64,000 nt of DNA from Blasia pusilla (GCA_050084515.1 CM114271.1:12462001-12526000); one strand, 5' to 3'. Positions 13,908-27,560 are shown, counted from the first letter of the stretch. Numbers and translations are program-made. Notes: generated by a model from the sequence alone, not told the origin.

Positions 13908-14289
13908 ATTAATTTTTGGCACTAAACTAGTACTAGAAGATAGAGATGACAAGTAACAACAACACAATTACTATAAGCCTTTGTTACAATTTAATGTAAT
14001 GTTATTGAGAGTCATCACTTGATTTTATAAAGATTCTTTATATTTCTACATATGGTATGAGATTATTGAATAAACTCGTTTTGTAGAAGCTTTCGCAATT
14101 GGAATCGGATTCCATATTCTTCCCATTTTTAATTTAATTATTTAGTATTGTGCTCTAACTTGCACCATGAAGTTAAATTCATCCATTTTGACTTTAACTG
14201 AAAACTAGATTTCCCTAAGTAGGACAAAACTCTATATCATAGTAACTCCCAAAACCTATTGGTTTACAAACTTGAACGGATCATTTATC

Positions 14290-14634
14290 TTAGATCCTAA
14301 ACTCTAAACCCTAAAACCATAAACCCTAACCCCAAAGCCAAAATCTCAAAATCCTAGGCCAGATCCCCTAAACCTTAAACCCTAAGCCAAAAATCCTACA
14401 CCCTAATCCAAAAACCCTAAGCTGAACACTCTACACTCTAGAACCTAAGCAATAAACCCTAAACCAAAAACCCTAAACCCTAAGCAACACCCTAAACCCT
14501 AGAACCTAAGCAATAAACCCTAAACCCTAGGCCAAAAACCCTAAACCCTAACCCCTAAGCCAAAAACCCCAAACCCTAGGCTAATCACCCTATACTCTAA
14601 CCCGTAAGCCTAGAACCCTAAGCCAAACACCCTA
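14290..14634. repeat. Degenerate telomere-like repeat array (CCCTAAA variants), left block
   Basis: Dense AAACCCT/CCCTAAG/CCCTAG units in higher-order phrases such as CCCTAAACCCTAGAACCTAAGCAATAAACCCT. Confidence 0.9.
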
Positions 14635-15064
14635 TGTGAGAAAATAGAAAGTGACGAAATCACTGAAATTTTTACAAAACTTAGAGATACAAAGTGGCCT
14701 ATTTCGTCCGTGCGCTCACAGAAGAGCTTCGATGGAACATGAACATGGAGTTAACTCGACATACGAGAATGCGCTACTGCTGCGGCTCTCGAGTACTTGA
14801 CTACTCGAGAAAAATAGGGTTTTTACCTATTTTTCTTCGTTTCTATTCATAGAAAAAATTTTCAAATATTGCATCTTGGTGCCCCGCACCCTGATGCATT
14901 ATAGGGTTAGATAAACCTAGTAACGCTACTCCTAAAACCACCTACGTCATATTACTATGACTCCTTCGACGTCTAAGTCGGAACCATCAATCTAGGCTTC
15001 TCCTCATACAAGGGGGCCGATCAGATTAATGGTGCTTATAGAAGTGGATGTTGAGAATCCAACA
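14635..15064. mobile_element. Solo LTR (430 bp) inserted in the telomere-like array
   Basis: Starts TGTGAG, ends CCAACA, flanked by CCCTA at 14630-14634 and 15065-15069. Removing it restores the array phrase seen at ~14486-14520. Confidence 0.75.
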
Positions 15065-15456
15065 CCCTAAACCCTAGAACCTAAGCAATAAACCCTAATC
15101 TTTAGGCCAAAAATCCTAAACCCTAACCCTAAGTCAAAAATCCTAAACCCTAGGCCAAAAACCCTATATCCTAATCCCTAGGCCAAGAACGCTAAATCCT
15201 AAGCAAAAAACCCTAAATCCTAAACCCTAGGCCAAAAACCCTATATCCTAACGCCTAAGCCCTAAACTCTAAGAAAAAAACCCTTAACCCTAAGCAAAAC
15301 ATCCTAAACTCTAGAACCTAAGCAATAAATCCTAAGCCCTAAGTCATAAACCCTAAATCCTACAACGTAAGCCAAAAACCCTAAACCCTAAGCTATAAAC
15401 GCTAAACCCTAGGCCCTAAACCCTAAGCTATAAACCCTAAAACCTAAGCCATAAAC
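15065..15456. repeat. Degenerate telomere-like repeat array, right block
   Basis: Same CCCTAAA-variant units as 14290-14634. Confidence 0.9.
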
Positions 15457-15976
15457 ATGATTGACATCGAGGGTAAAACATAAGTTGTACTCCCGTTACT
15501 CTATGTCCTAGTGTGGTAATAATCATATTAGAACAAAACTGGGTTTTCTAAAATACCACATTTGTCGAACTTGGTGTTTTAGTAGAATATATTTGGTTCG
15601 ATATAAGAGAGAGATTGAGATTGTGTAAGAGATTGGAGTGATCTTGATTCAATTGGAGATATTTTGGTACTCAATCTTGTGGAAAACTACTAAAGAAACA
15701 TTACTGGTGGGAAACGACTCTCACACTCACACACCACCATAGAGAACAAAATTTTCAATGAGAGAATGAGTGGAGGCTGGTCCCCTTCTCAATTCTATAG
15801 GGTATGTACAAGCAATCGTAACCCTAACCTTAACCATAGTCTCGAGTTAGACTAACTATGATTAACTAACCCTAGTTAAGATAATCGTGCTTAACTAACT
15901 AACCAAGATTAAGCTTCCCTACTTCGTGTGAGTACCAAATGTAGCAGTTCAGGTATCTCATGAGCTTGATTGTAAC

Positions 15977-18900
15977 TCAATCTTCAATACTCCCCCTCAA
16001 GCTCATATCGATATCTCTAACGCCTAAATCATTTCTAAACATCTCAAACTTATCTTTAGACAATGCCTTTATAAAGATGTCAGCAATTTGTTGATCTATA
16101 CTTATATGCACAAGATCATTTTCTCCTACAAGCACTTTCTCTCTCATAAAATAATAGCTCACCTCAACATGCTTTGTACGAGCATCAAACACAAGATTAT
16201 TAGCAAGCTTGATGCTACTAATATTGTCTACATATATTACACTAGGTCCTAAGTTATTAACACCAATCTCAACAAGTAATCGATGAAGCCACACCGCCTC
16301 ACATGTTGCATTGGTTGCTCTTCTGTACTCAACCTCTATTGAAGATAAAGCAAGTGTAGGTTGCTTCTTTGAAGCCTAACTTATAGATGCGCTTCCCAAA
16401 GTTAATGAATAACCAGATGTGGAGTGTCGATCAAACACGCTTCTTGCCCAATCAGCATCTATGAATCCCTGTAATTGAAAACTCAAAGAAGGTTTAAATT
16501 GAAGCCCGAATTGAATAGAGAATTTCACATACCACATAGTTCTCCTCATAGCATCAAGGTGAGGTTTTTGAGGTGCTTGCATAAAGTGACTCACTAGGCC
16601 AATAGCATAGCTCAAATCTGGTCTGGTTATAGTTAGATAGATCAAACTTCCAATCATGCGCCTGTACATATTAGAATCTGCATGCAACTCTCCTTCATCC
16701 ACTCTTAGCTTCACACTCTGGTCCAATGGTGTAGAGATAGGCTTACAAGCCGTCATACCATATTTTGAAAGCATATGAAGAGCATATTGTCGTTGTCTAA
16801 CCACATGCTCTCTCCTACCTTGATAAACTCAATACCAAGAAAGTACTTGAGTTCTCCCAAATCTTTCATATCAAATTCTTCTTGTAACTTAAGCTTGGCT
16901 TGTCGTACCATTTATTCACTACTCCCAGTAATCAAGAGATCATCAACATACAACACAATAAGAACTGTATGATCTTGTCCTCTCAAGAGATATAACGAGG
17001 AGTCAGAATCAGATATCCTAAAACCCAACTCTTGTAGGACGTATGTAATCTTGCCATACCAAGCTCTTGGAGCTTGTTTGAGCCCGTACATAGCTTTCTT
17101 CAACCCACATACGTGAAATGGAAACTTGTGATGCTCGTATCCAAGTGGTTGAGTCATATTGAAGATTGAGTTACAGTCAAGCTCATGAGATACTTGAACT
17201 GCTATATGTGGTACTCACACGAAGTAGGGAAGCTTAATCTTGGTTAGTCACTTAAGCACGATTATCTTAACTAGGATTAGTTAATCATAGTTAGGCTAAT
17301 TCGAGACCATGGTTAAGGATAGGGTTAGGTTTGCGTGTACATACCCTATATAATTGAGAAGAGGACCAGCCTCCACTCATTCTCTCATTGCAAATTTTAT
17401 TCTCCATGGTGGTGTGTGTGTGTGAGAGCCGTTTTCCACCAGTTATGCTTGTTTAGCAATTTTCCACAGGTCATATATACCTCCTCGTATAGATCTCCAT
17501 TCAAGAAGGCATTCTTGATGTCCATGTGATGTAATATCCACTTCTTACTTACTTCAACCGCAACCACTGTTCTCGTAGTCGCCATCTTTGCAACACGGCT
17601 AAATTTTTCCTCATAATCAATGCCATATTGTTGTGCATAGCCCTTAGCCACCAATCTCGCTTTATATCTGTTAATTTTACCATCTTCATTGTGTTTGATT
17701 TTGTAAACCCATTTGCAACCAATAGCTTCCTTATTAGAAGGTATATCAACGAGCTCCCATGTCCGTTGATGTCTTAATACAACAAGCTCTTCCTCCATAG
17801 CTTCAATCCATTTGACTTTACTTGCAGCTTCTTCAAAAGAACTCCGCTCCTGTTCTTGAAGGATAATCATCATATATGCATGATGTCTCACAAGGAAACC
17901 TTCATTTATGAATCTATGAACTAGATGTGTAACTCTACTGGATCTACAAAGTTGTTGTTCAGAGGTAGATGCCTCTTACACCTAACTCAAGCTCTGACTA
18001 GCGTCAACAGACTGAATACTTACTCTTTCCATCCATGGACTCACAGATTTAAGTGATGAATCTAGGACCTCTCTTAATCCTGCACTAGTACTTGGGGAAG
18101 TTGAAGACAATGTCTGTTGGTTTACAGTCATATTCTTCCCCTTAATAGACGAGTTTAGAGGTGGAATAGGCTCAGATGGAGCATACCATGACTTTAGCTC
18201 ATCAAAGACAACATCGTGATTGATAATAAGCTGCCTAGAGGATAGAATGTAGTACTTATATCCCTTATTTCCATCAGCATAGCCAATGAAGATATATCTT
18301 TCAGACTTGGGGTCTAATTTTTTACGTCTCTCAGAAGGAACATGAGCATGATAAATACAGCCAAATACTTTCAAGAAGGAGAAATCAAGTTTACTTCTTA
18401 TGAAAACTTCGAATGGAGTTTTATCATGAACTCATGTTGTTGGAGTTCGGTTGATTAAGAAGATTGCACGTGCTACAGCCTCTGCATGTTCTTCTCATTC
18501 AGCATAGCTCGTGCCGCTTCAGCAATATGTCAATTATTCCTCTTAGCCACTCCATTTTTTTGTGGAGTGTATCGGCAAGTCACTTGACGTTGGATGCCAT
18601 TCTGACGTAAATACTCATCAAACTGTGTTGAAAGATACTCTCCTCCTCCATCACACACAATTTCAGAATGTGTTATCCAGTTTGCTTCTCTCCTAGAACT
18701 TTGAATGTTTAGAACATTGAGAATACCTCTGACTTGGCTTTCAGAAAGTATACTCATATATACCTACAAAAGTCATCAATAAATGAAACAAAGTATTGGC
18801 AATCACTAAGGCTATGTTGTGATGCTGTCCACACATCATCGTGGATCAACTCCAATATCCTAGATGCTCTTCTACCTTGCTTGGAAAAAGAAATTTAGCT

Positions 18901-20460
18901 TGTTTTCCAAATTGGCAAGCAGGACATACCTCTAACGTAACAGGACTTGCTAATTTAGGGAGTCCTATTACTATATTAGATGATGAAAGACTCTGTAATC
19001 TTTGAAGACTCATATGTTTGATTCTTTTAGGCCACATATTTAGATCTGTGACTTGTTGGCCGGTTTGACCATATATTATTGTTTGAATCTCTAGCATAGA
19101 AACATCTAATTTGAACATTCTATCAGATCTAGTTCCTTTGGCTATCGTAGTCTGATTATCCATTGTTTCAATGAAACAACCATCTGTTTTAAACTTCTCT
19201 TGATAACCTTGTTCTACTATCTGTCCTACAGAGATCAGATTTCTTGCAATGGTAGGAATATAAAGAACATTTCCAAGAGCACAAAGACCATCTGATGCAA
19301 TTGGAACTTTACCAATATGCGTGATATAATGTTGAGTGTCATCTCCTATGAGCACAATTGCAGGATCTTTCACCGGCTCCAAACTACTGAACCATTTTGC
19401 TTGTGAGGTCATGTGATTTGATGCACAAGACTCAATGTACCAATATGTTGTTGAGTCTTTCTTGACCATTGCTCCCATATGATGAGTCATGACAAAGAGA
19501 TGCTCCGTTTGTGAACGTTGTTGTTCTTGGTACTACTCTTCGTGTTGTTGCTCCACATAGTTTTGTTAATGTACGGCTCTTGTTCTTATATCTACCGTCT
19601 TCTTGAAGCAAAACTTTGCATAGTGACCCTTTATCCCACAGTAATTGCAAGATCCAGGGACCTTCTGCTGCTGACCTCGACCCCAACAATTTCCGCCATC
19701 ACCACCTTGTGATTGTGTTTGGTACTGGTTTGTAGTTGATTGAGTGACGTTATATTGAGTGTCTCTTCGTCCATATGTTTGATATCCACCACGACCACGG
19801 AAGCTTGTGCCACGACCCCTGCCTCAGTTTGATCCATAACCTGCAAATAACGCACTCTCTTGCAGACTAGACGAGTTATCGATGCCTACTAGGCGCATCT
19901 TTTTACTGATTAACAGTGGGACTAACTCTTGAAAGGTTGGATATTTCTCTCTTATAAACATAGAGGTCTCAAAGGACTTGTAATCCTTTGGATGGCCTTG
20001 AAGAGAGAACAAAATCATATCATCATCTTCTATTGTCACTCCAATGCTATTCAACTGATCAACAATATATCTAATATTCAAAATATAATCATTGATGCTT
20101 TGTGATCCTTTCCTCACTTCGTTCAATTTTCTATTTTAATTGAAGCTTTCTGGCCTTTCTAGATATCTGGAACTGCTTTTCCAATGCATCCCAAGTTTCC
20201 TTCTGAGTATCAACATCTTAAATGTGATTTATCATTGGTGAACTGATCGTTATTGAAATGTAGTGCATTACTTGCCTTGTGTGTTTGTTCCAAGCGCGAG
20301 CATTCAAGTCTGTTGAGTCACCTTCTGGCTTGGCCTCATCACCTGTGACAAGCTCCCATAGTTCTTGACCCATGAAAAATTGTTTCATGCGAAACTTCCA
20401 GATATTGTAGTTCTGCTTATGTAGCTTCTCACCTGTGATTGCTACTGAGGAATATTCCAT
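15977..20460 (-). pseudogene. Copia gag-pol pseudogene
   Basis: Gag NYNIWKFRM, CCHC knuckle CNYCGIKGHYAKFC (~19610-19650), protease WYIESCASNHMT, integrase CDGGGEY / YTPQKNGVAKR, RT YKARLVAKGY / YVDDLLI, RNase H YVDNISSI / RTKHVEV / QIADIF. Fragmented by stops, frameshifts and the nested LTR. Confidence 0.95.
17157..17468 (+). mobile_element. Solo LTR of the same Copia family nested antiparallel inside RT
   Basis: 312 bp, reverse-complement homolog of the flanking LTRs (TATTGAAGATTGAG...TTTTCCACA). TSD AGTCA / GGTCA. Splits RT between EEVYMT and QPLGY. Confidence 0.95.
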
Positions 20461-21999
20461 GACGAACGATTTCACTCACAAAAATATTATTTCAGGCTCT
20501 CTACTACTCTAATTGAAGCAGAGATCACTCCTACATAGAAATCGACCTGAAATTTGCCAAATTTGATCAACTGTATGAAAAAACTAGTCGAAATTGGCTT
20601 GTAGAGAGCAACTGCACAACTTTTCTTCACTAATTGCACTTTCTTACACTGAAATTGCTACTGCATCAGCTCAGAATGTCAAAATTGAGCAATTTTGGAT
20701 ACGTTGGAAAGATCTTGACGAGCTCTACAAGATGGTTGGAACTAACCTTGGATATTATTCTACCGTTGCAGACCCAAATGGCTAAATCGACCAGGAAAGC
20801 CTTCAAAAATGCCTCCAAAGTTTTATCATCGTCAAAGCTCCATCTGAAATCTGCACCCACTGAGCTCTGAATAAAATTTCCTCCTCTCGAACTGAAATTG
20901 TGCCTTCTCTTGCTTCTCTTATCTCCTCAAATACCAAAAATTTCAAGTGATTTTCTCATATTGCTCTAACACAATGTGGAAAATTGCTAAAGAAGCATAA
21001 CTGGTGGGAAACGGCTCTCACACTCACACATGACCATGGAGAACGAAATTTGCAATGAGAGAATGAGTGGAAGCTGGTCCCCTTCTCAATTATATAGGAT
21101 ATGTACAAGCAACCCTAACCCTAAGCTTAACCATAGTCTCGAGTTAGACTAACTGTGATTAACTAACCCTAGTTAAGATAATCAGGCTTAACTGACTAAC
21201 CAAGATTAAGCTTCCCTACTTTGTGTGAGTACCAAATGTAGCAGTTCATGTGTCTCATAAGCTTGACTGTAACTCAATCTTCAATAAATCTAAGACTTCT
21301 TGATGTCCAAATATCATGACTAAATATGATATCTTGTGTTTAGGTGATTGTATTTCATGACAATGATATATGTTTTCTAGTAATATGTATGTGAGACATT
21401 TAGTACTACCTTTTTTTTCTAATTCCAACTAAGGTAGGTTAGTAACTATCACACTTGATATAGCAACTCTAATGAAGTCTAAAATCAATTTCCTATCTTG
21501 AATTACTATATTAATTTGAGCACTTGGCCTCGACTTTAGATATTAGAATATCATTTTGATGTATAATAATAATATTTCTATTAATACTCTTCATTTTTTA
21601 CTGATAAAAATTCAATTAAGTATAATATCGTAATGTAAAACTTGAATATCATAATAATGTTAAATTTGTAAAATTCATGGCAATGATTCACTTGTATATG
21701 AGTTGGCATATAAAATTTTGTAGAAATATAGTAAAGCCTATGTATAGTAGGACCATCATATGCAATTTCAAATATGAGTCCTTTTTTGTATCTCCTTTAT
21801 AAGGATTTATGACTTTATATAGTTTGGGAACTTGATGGAACTTTAGTTCACTATAATACTACATCGATGTTAACTTATTAAATATGAAAAGAGCAAGCTC
21901 ATTTAAAGGATTGTACTATCCAAGAGACATGGCAAATCAAATTATGAGAAAGAAAAATGATATTGCACATTATATATGGTAAGGTATGTGAGAGGTTTA

Positions 22000-23250
22000 G
22001 AGATGAATGAGAATTTTTTTGAGTCCCAGTATTTCTTGCATTTAGATCATCTTTGAAATCGCCTCTTCTATCGCTAATACGTTCATACATAGGTAATAGA
22101 TGTAGTACGGGGAGATTTTACAATGATCCATTGTACTTCCTTTTGGAGGGAGAAATTAAACCAATTGGGAAAACAAGAATAGGAGATACCACGCATTGAC
22201 ATTAAGTTTTTGTGGTATCATGAGCTAACCTTTCTCATGCGAAAGCAATGCTCTTTTGGTGATGGGGGGAGAGGAATATGAATATGTGTGTAGAGTCTAG
22301 GACATGGGAGATCGGGATGGAAAGAGCAAAGGAGATCATTTTGGGTTAACCATGTCTAAGCAATTCTAGTAGGAGGTGGTATAGAGTTAGGGATTGAAGG
22401 CTCATGCATGGATCAACAATATCACTGATGTCTTTTGATTCTAGTAGGAGCAAAGTTTTTACAACAAAATATGCAATAAAACTTTGGTATAAATGTAGAA
22501 GAATAAGAGCTACAAGGGGAAGAGATGAGAGATGAATGAGATGATGATGGAAAATGATGTGGGGATAAGTAAGTTGGAGAAGCAAGAGGAGGAAGAGGAG
22601 TGATTCCCATTCATAAGATGAGAGTTGGAAGCAAGGGTTCACATAAGATATACTAGTAAGTTGCCTCTACAATGCACGGGAAATAAAAATTTGTTTGAAG
22701 AGCTTTAGAAAGTGTATAGCCTATGAAGGGACTAATGATGTTCCATATAAATTCAGATATTTTTCTTGCTCCTTGTAACATACTTAACATTTTCTTGCTG
22801 CCCAATTGCCATGTGTCAGACAAAGAGGTGTTTGCAGATCAAGAAGGCACTCTTGAATAATAATAATATAGATGAGGATGACAAAGTTATAAGATTCATT
22901 AGTAATGGATTGAGATTATGATGAATTGGAAGAGATAGAGAGAGGGTAAGAGAATGATGGAAGAAATGTAGAGAGTGTGATGGATATATGAGTATTGGGA
23001 GGAAATTGGTGAGATGTACGATGAGGAGGGTGACCAAGAGAAGAAAATATGACCAAAGGAGGTATGTAAAAGTAAATAAGCGAGATGATGGATTGTCCAA
23101 CTCCATGTTAATGGAACCAAAAGTATACATGTCATGCAAGACAAGTGCAGATATAATGATTTGTAATAAAGTGAATGTTTAGGGATAATGGCCATAATAA
23201 AAGGAGTGGAATTCATCCATACTAGATTTAGATTGAGGAAATTAAGGCTA
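22000..23250 (-). mobile_element. Highly decayed non-LTR retrotransposon fragment (possibly CRE-like)
   Basis: 22240-22330 visibly aligns with 49680-49775 (AAAGCAATGCT...GGTGATGGGG...TAGGACA...GGATGGAAAGAGC). Purine-rich plus strand; no intact domain. Confidence 0.35.
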
Positions 23251-26200
23251 GAAAAACTCGAATTTATGATTTAAAATCACTAAGTTGTTTAGAAGAAGAG
23301 GAGACCTATATGATATAAAAAATAGTGACTTAGTAATATGAATTTAGAATGTTCTTAAGAAGATAGCAAATGTAGGCAACGTAGCACGACAAGTCTTGAA
23401 AAAGTGAGAATTTCAAAGATATATGAGAGAAATTGATTGAACATGACCTTGTGTACAAAAATAGGCACCTACAAAGAAGGAAAAAAAACTACAAAACCTA
23501 CTTATATGAAAACAATCGGCTTGCCAAGCCAATATTAACAAGACCAAGCACATCGATGCTTCAAGAGAAAATAACGGAGGAAATTGAAAACACCAATAAA
23601 ATGGATATAAGGAGAAAGTGAAAACCACCTACCAATAATAAATATGAACAGATAAGATCGCAATGTTGGGCCAAATATTAAGCAAAAGATTGAGATACTC
23701 AAGAGGAATCCTTTGATCCAATTGTAACCAACAATCACACTATAAAAAAAATATAAAGTGTGAAACCGTATTGAGGAATCTATGAGCATATTCATAGAAG
23801 GAAGGGATGCAAAGATCCCAAGAACTTTAACAAATCACAACATAAGTGGGAAAAAGAAAGACCCAAATTTAAGTTTGAGAAGATGATGAGTATGCAATTG
23901 AAAAGATTGGAATCTTCCATGCATATGTTCTCTCCGTCTAAAACTTCCAACTAGTGAACAATTGATATAGGTTATGCGAATTTTGTTTCATAGTATTAGG
24001 CCTAGATTAGGGCAAGTAAATTCTCCCCTAAGTGGAGAATTTGAATTTTCTTCCTTAATTTGAAATATTAGCTTATTTCCCCATATTCTATTCATTGAAA
24101 TCAAGTTTATTACATTAATTTCCAATCATGACACCTTAATGGTTATCTGATATGGATGAAAATAAAATAAATTAATGGACATATGCACCCTATAATGATG
24201 AATAGTTCAAATTATGTACCATTATAATAAATATGTAATTAGAAATTTAAATTATTTAAAATTATTTAAGAAAATCAACCTTAACCGATCTATCACGTCT
24301 TTTAGAATAGATCGGTGAGATCTAATAAAACCCCTTCATGAGTAGTGGAGGACAGGCTCAGTAGGTCGAGGATGACCTACTGAGGCCCCGGGAAACCTGA
24401 GAGAGCACATTTCCCCTTCGTTTCGGCTCATTTGGAGCCATATTGAGGAACTTACTATTTTAGGTAAGTACCATTTTGAGTATATGATCGAGTTTCTATT
24501 TTTGATAAGTAGCCCTTGACCTCCTACATCAGGTCAAGATCCAAAGAGGTGACTTGGAAGCATAGGTTACCATGAAGAAAGTTTGGGAGAGGGGAGGGGT
24601 ATACCTCAAGGAGAGAGAGCTTGAGAGCTCATTCTTTCTTTGTTGAACCTCTTGGCATGAGGCGGCGGAGTTATTGTCTTGCTTGCCTTGTGTGTGTTAC
24701 CCAAACTTCTCATTAGGAGAGTGGGTTTGGTTTGACATTGAGAGAGACATGTGAGAGTGCACACATGTGAGAACTATGGTGTTGTGAGAGAGATTGAATC
24801 TTATTTTACAAAGAGAGAATGAGTGAGTGAGAGAGCTTCGTGGGGAAGCTCGCTGGTCACTCGCTGGTTTTGCAGGTTGGGGATCGTATCCCCCGTTCAG
24901 TAGTTCATGGGAGTGCTTACCGGAGCAAGAGCCGCTTACTTGTGATGTTTCCTTTGCCGATTTTTTGTGTGGAAGAGTGGCGCACGAAAGCGCTGCCCAA
25001 TTTTTGATAGGGATTGAGTATGGGAGCAGGTTGCCCTATGCCGGTGCTCTTAGAAGCACCATGTAGCTTGCTGATTTGTATTTTCACAGGGTTTATATTT
25101 TGGTTGAGAGAAATCAGCGCAGCAGCGCTGCCAAATTTTATGTAGGAGAAAGAGACATTGGGCTTTACGACAATCTCCATCAATTTTTACTGGAATCTTT
25201 GATTCAAAATATTTTTTGATGTCATCGTAGATCATGAAGTTGTGCACGCTGTGCAATAGATGGTGTGCAATTTGGAGTTGCGAGCAAAGAGTTATGCTCA
25301 ATCTTGCAAAATTGCCATTGCTAGGCAATTTTTAAGGTTAAATTGTTCAAACCCTAAACCAGCCGCCACGTCGGCGGCGGCTGTCGCCGTCATAGTCACC
25401 GTAAACAATTTCTCATCAATGATCAATTGTCACCCTCAATGGTCAACCATCAATTGTCATTGTCTACGTTTGGCCATCACCATCAACCGTCCACCGTCGG
25501 CCGCCGCCGAGCGCTACTCAGAGCCGCGTTCATCCGTTGTCCACCCTTTGGTTGCCATTGCAGCCATTATGGAGTGGAGGGTCTTCCACGACGATGGTTG
25601 ATTCTCTGACTTGCTTCGCCACCACATACTTTGTTTTGGCCGCCACTGTCATCGCAATTTCGTCATCAACCACTGATGGCACATGACCTCAGGTTATGGT
25701 GTTTGAGTTTTCATTTCATGCTGCTATGTGGTGATTGGTAGCCGCTCGACGACGATTGAGTATCGTGCTGTGATGCCCTTAGCCGCAACGCGCCACCGAT
25801 TGTTGCATCGTGCCGCTCGTGGCCGCACCGCACCGTCTCGATCGCGGAGCCGCTCATTCACTAAGGAGCAGAGCGTGTGAATTGCTGATTGAGGAGGGTA
25901 TGCCGCCAAATGCCGCACTCCATTCTCGAGTGTCGTGTCGTTTGTAGCCGTTCCGTGCCGCCAATGCCGCATCGGACCGTTGGACCTGCACCGCACACCA
26001 AGGAGGTTTGAGCGGCGTGAGTACAAGAGGAGTAGGACTTGTTGATTGGAGGAGTGTGGGATGTCCAGAGTTGAGGATGGTTTGTTGATGAGACGATAGA
26101 TCAGTGATTTTCCGTACCACGCTGCTTGTTGCCGCATAGCACACATCTCAGTGAGAGAGTGTAGATTGAGTGCCCCATGTTTAGTTTGAGTGATTGAGGG

Positions 26201-26373
26201 ATTACTCACGAGATTGAGAGTGATCATGCGAGAGGGGCACGAGGGCCATCACGGTGTCCTTTCAGGATTTTGAGAGGCGAGGTAGTGGACTTGAGAGTAG
26301 CTCTTGAGGGTTTACCCGAAGTGGTGCAAGGTTTCAAGGGTCTCCACGTGAGAGACCACCTCAATCTCCTTCT

Positions 26374-27560
26374 ATGTCATCTTCAGACCAGGAGGAGCGT
26401 ATAGAGGAGTGTGTGAGTGATCCACCGTACACATTGAGTGGTCCTACCAGTTGGGCGTACGAGATGGACGACCGGGATAGAAGACCGCGTAAGTTTTCGG
26501 GTGCTGTAAGCACTATAGAGCTACACAACTTCATTGCGGAGTTTAGGAGTTGGTGTGACTCACAACGGGCTAGGAACTCTAGAGAGTTCAAACCGTTTAC
26601 AACATGGAAAGGTATGTTCCAGCATTTAGAGGGGGAGCCCATGGACGATTACCATGAGTTCTCCCACAGATATGCCCAGGAGATTGAGGCATGGCAACTC
26701 TACTCTGACCCACACTATTTGTCATGGATGGAGACATTCCCAAATGAGGAGGAGGACTCAGGAGAGGCTAATTCCTCTTCCACTAGTGATGTTTTAGGAG
26801 GGGTCACTCGCACTGGAGCAGTTGCACCGTCTAGTCGGGTTCATCCCAGGTTCAACCCTGTGGTTGAGTTCTTTGTTGAGTTGAGGGCGAGCTACCAAGG
26901 GGTACGGACCGAGAAGTTGCGGAGCATCCATGACGTCCAAAGGATTCCGGGTGAGAGTTTGCATGAGGCTTACACTTGCTTGCGCCGGTTGATCAACGTC
27001 ACTCAGGAGGTGACAGAGGCTCAGGCTATCTAGTCATGGTACGCGATGTTGGAGCGGACCCTACGGACACGAGTGCGGGAGGGGATGCTCCTTATGAACA
27101 CCTCCCCTATGTTGAGAGATATTTTAAGGACCACCGAGAACATTGAGCGCAACATGGCAGAGGAGAGCATAGCCACCATGGGTTCTCTGCGAGAGCAGTC
27201 ATGATTGTCTACACCACCTGTGCAACGTGGACTCCGAGTCCACGTTTGCTGTACAGGTGGCAGCACGAGCTGTTAGAGGATATCGGGAGGCCATGCCACA
27301 GAGACTTGCGCCTTCATATGCGGCTCAGCAGCAACTGCCTACGATTACTTGTTGGTCATATGGTGGAGTCCGTCATCAGTGTGATTGCACTCGTCAGGGC
27401 CATGGACGTGTGCCTGAGTATGGAGGAGGAGATGGTGCTGCACCAGGAGGTTATTAGTGTGACTATTGTCAAAGGTATCGTCACACACACGCCAGGTGTT
27501 TCAGTTTACATCCTGAGTTATGTCCGGACCAAGGGCCAGAAAGGGCACCAAAGCGAGTAG
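26374..27560 (+). pseudogene. gag-like region with two zinc knuckles
   Basis: ORF 26374-27033 (RKFSG..QRIPGESLHEAYTCL) continues past a stop. Knuckles CWSYGGVRHQCDC (~27350) and CDYCQRYRHTHARC (~27458-27500). Confidence 0.8.

Larger units (their letters stand above)
15678..21286 (-). mobile_element. Full-length, decayed Ty1/Copia LTR retrotransposon
   Basis: Two 312-bp LTRs (20975-21286 and 15678-15989). TSD AATCT at 15673-15677 and 21287-21291. Degenerate tRNA-Met PBS (minus strand TTGTGTTAGAGC, 20963-20974). PPT GAGGGGGAG abuts the 3' LTR. Domain order gag-PR-IN-RT-RH. Confidence 0.97.

Noticed and set aside
15506-15513. CACTA or Helitron terminus (CCTAGTG)
   Set aside because: No matching CACTA left end or convincing subterminal hairpin found. 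Only a weak GGGACTACA (~3460) / TGTACTCCC (~15486) pairing, too short to call a TIR.
23300-23950. Possible coding remnant
   Set aside because: A-rich with many stops and no diagnostic motif, so it cannot be assigned.
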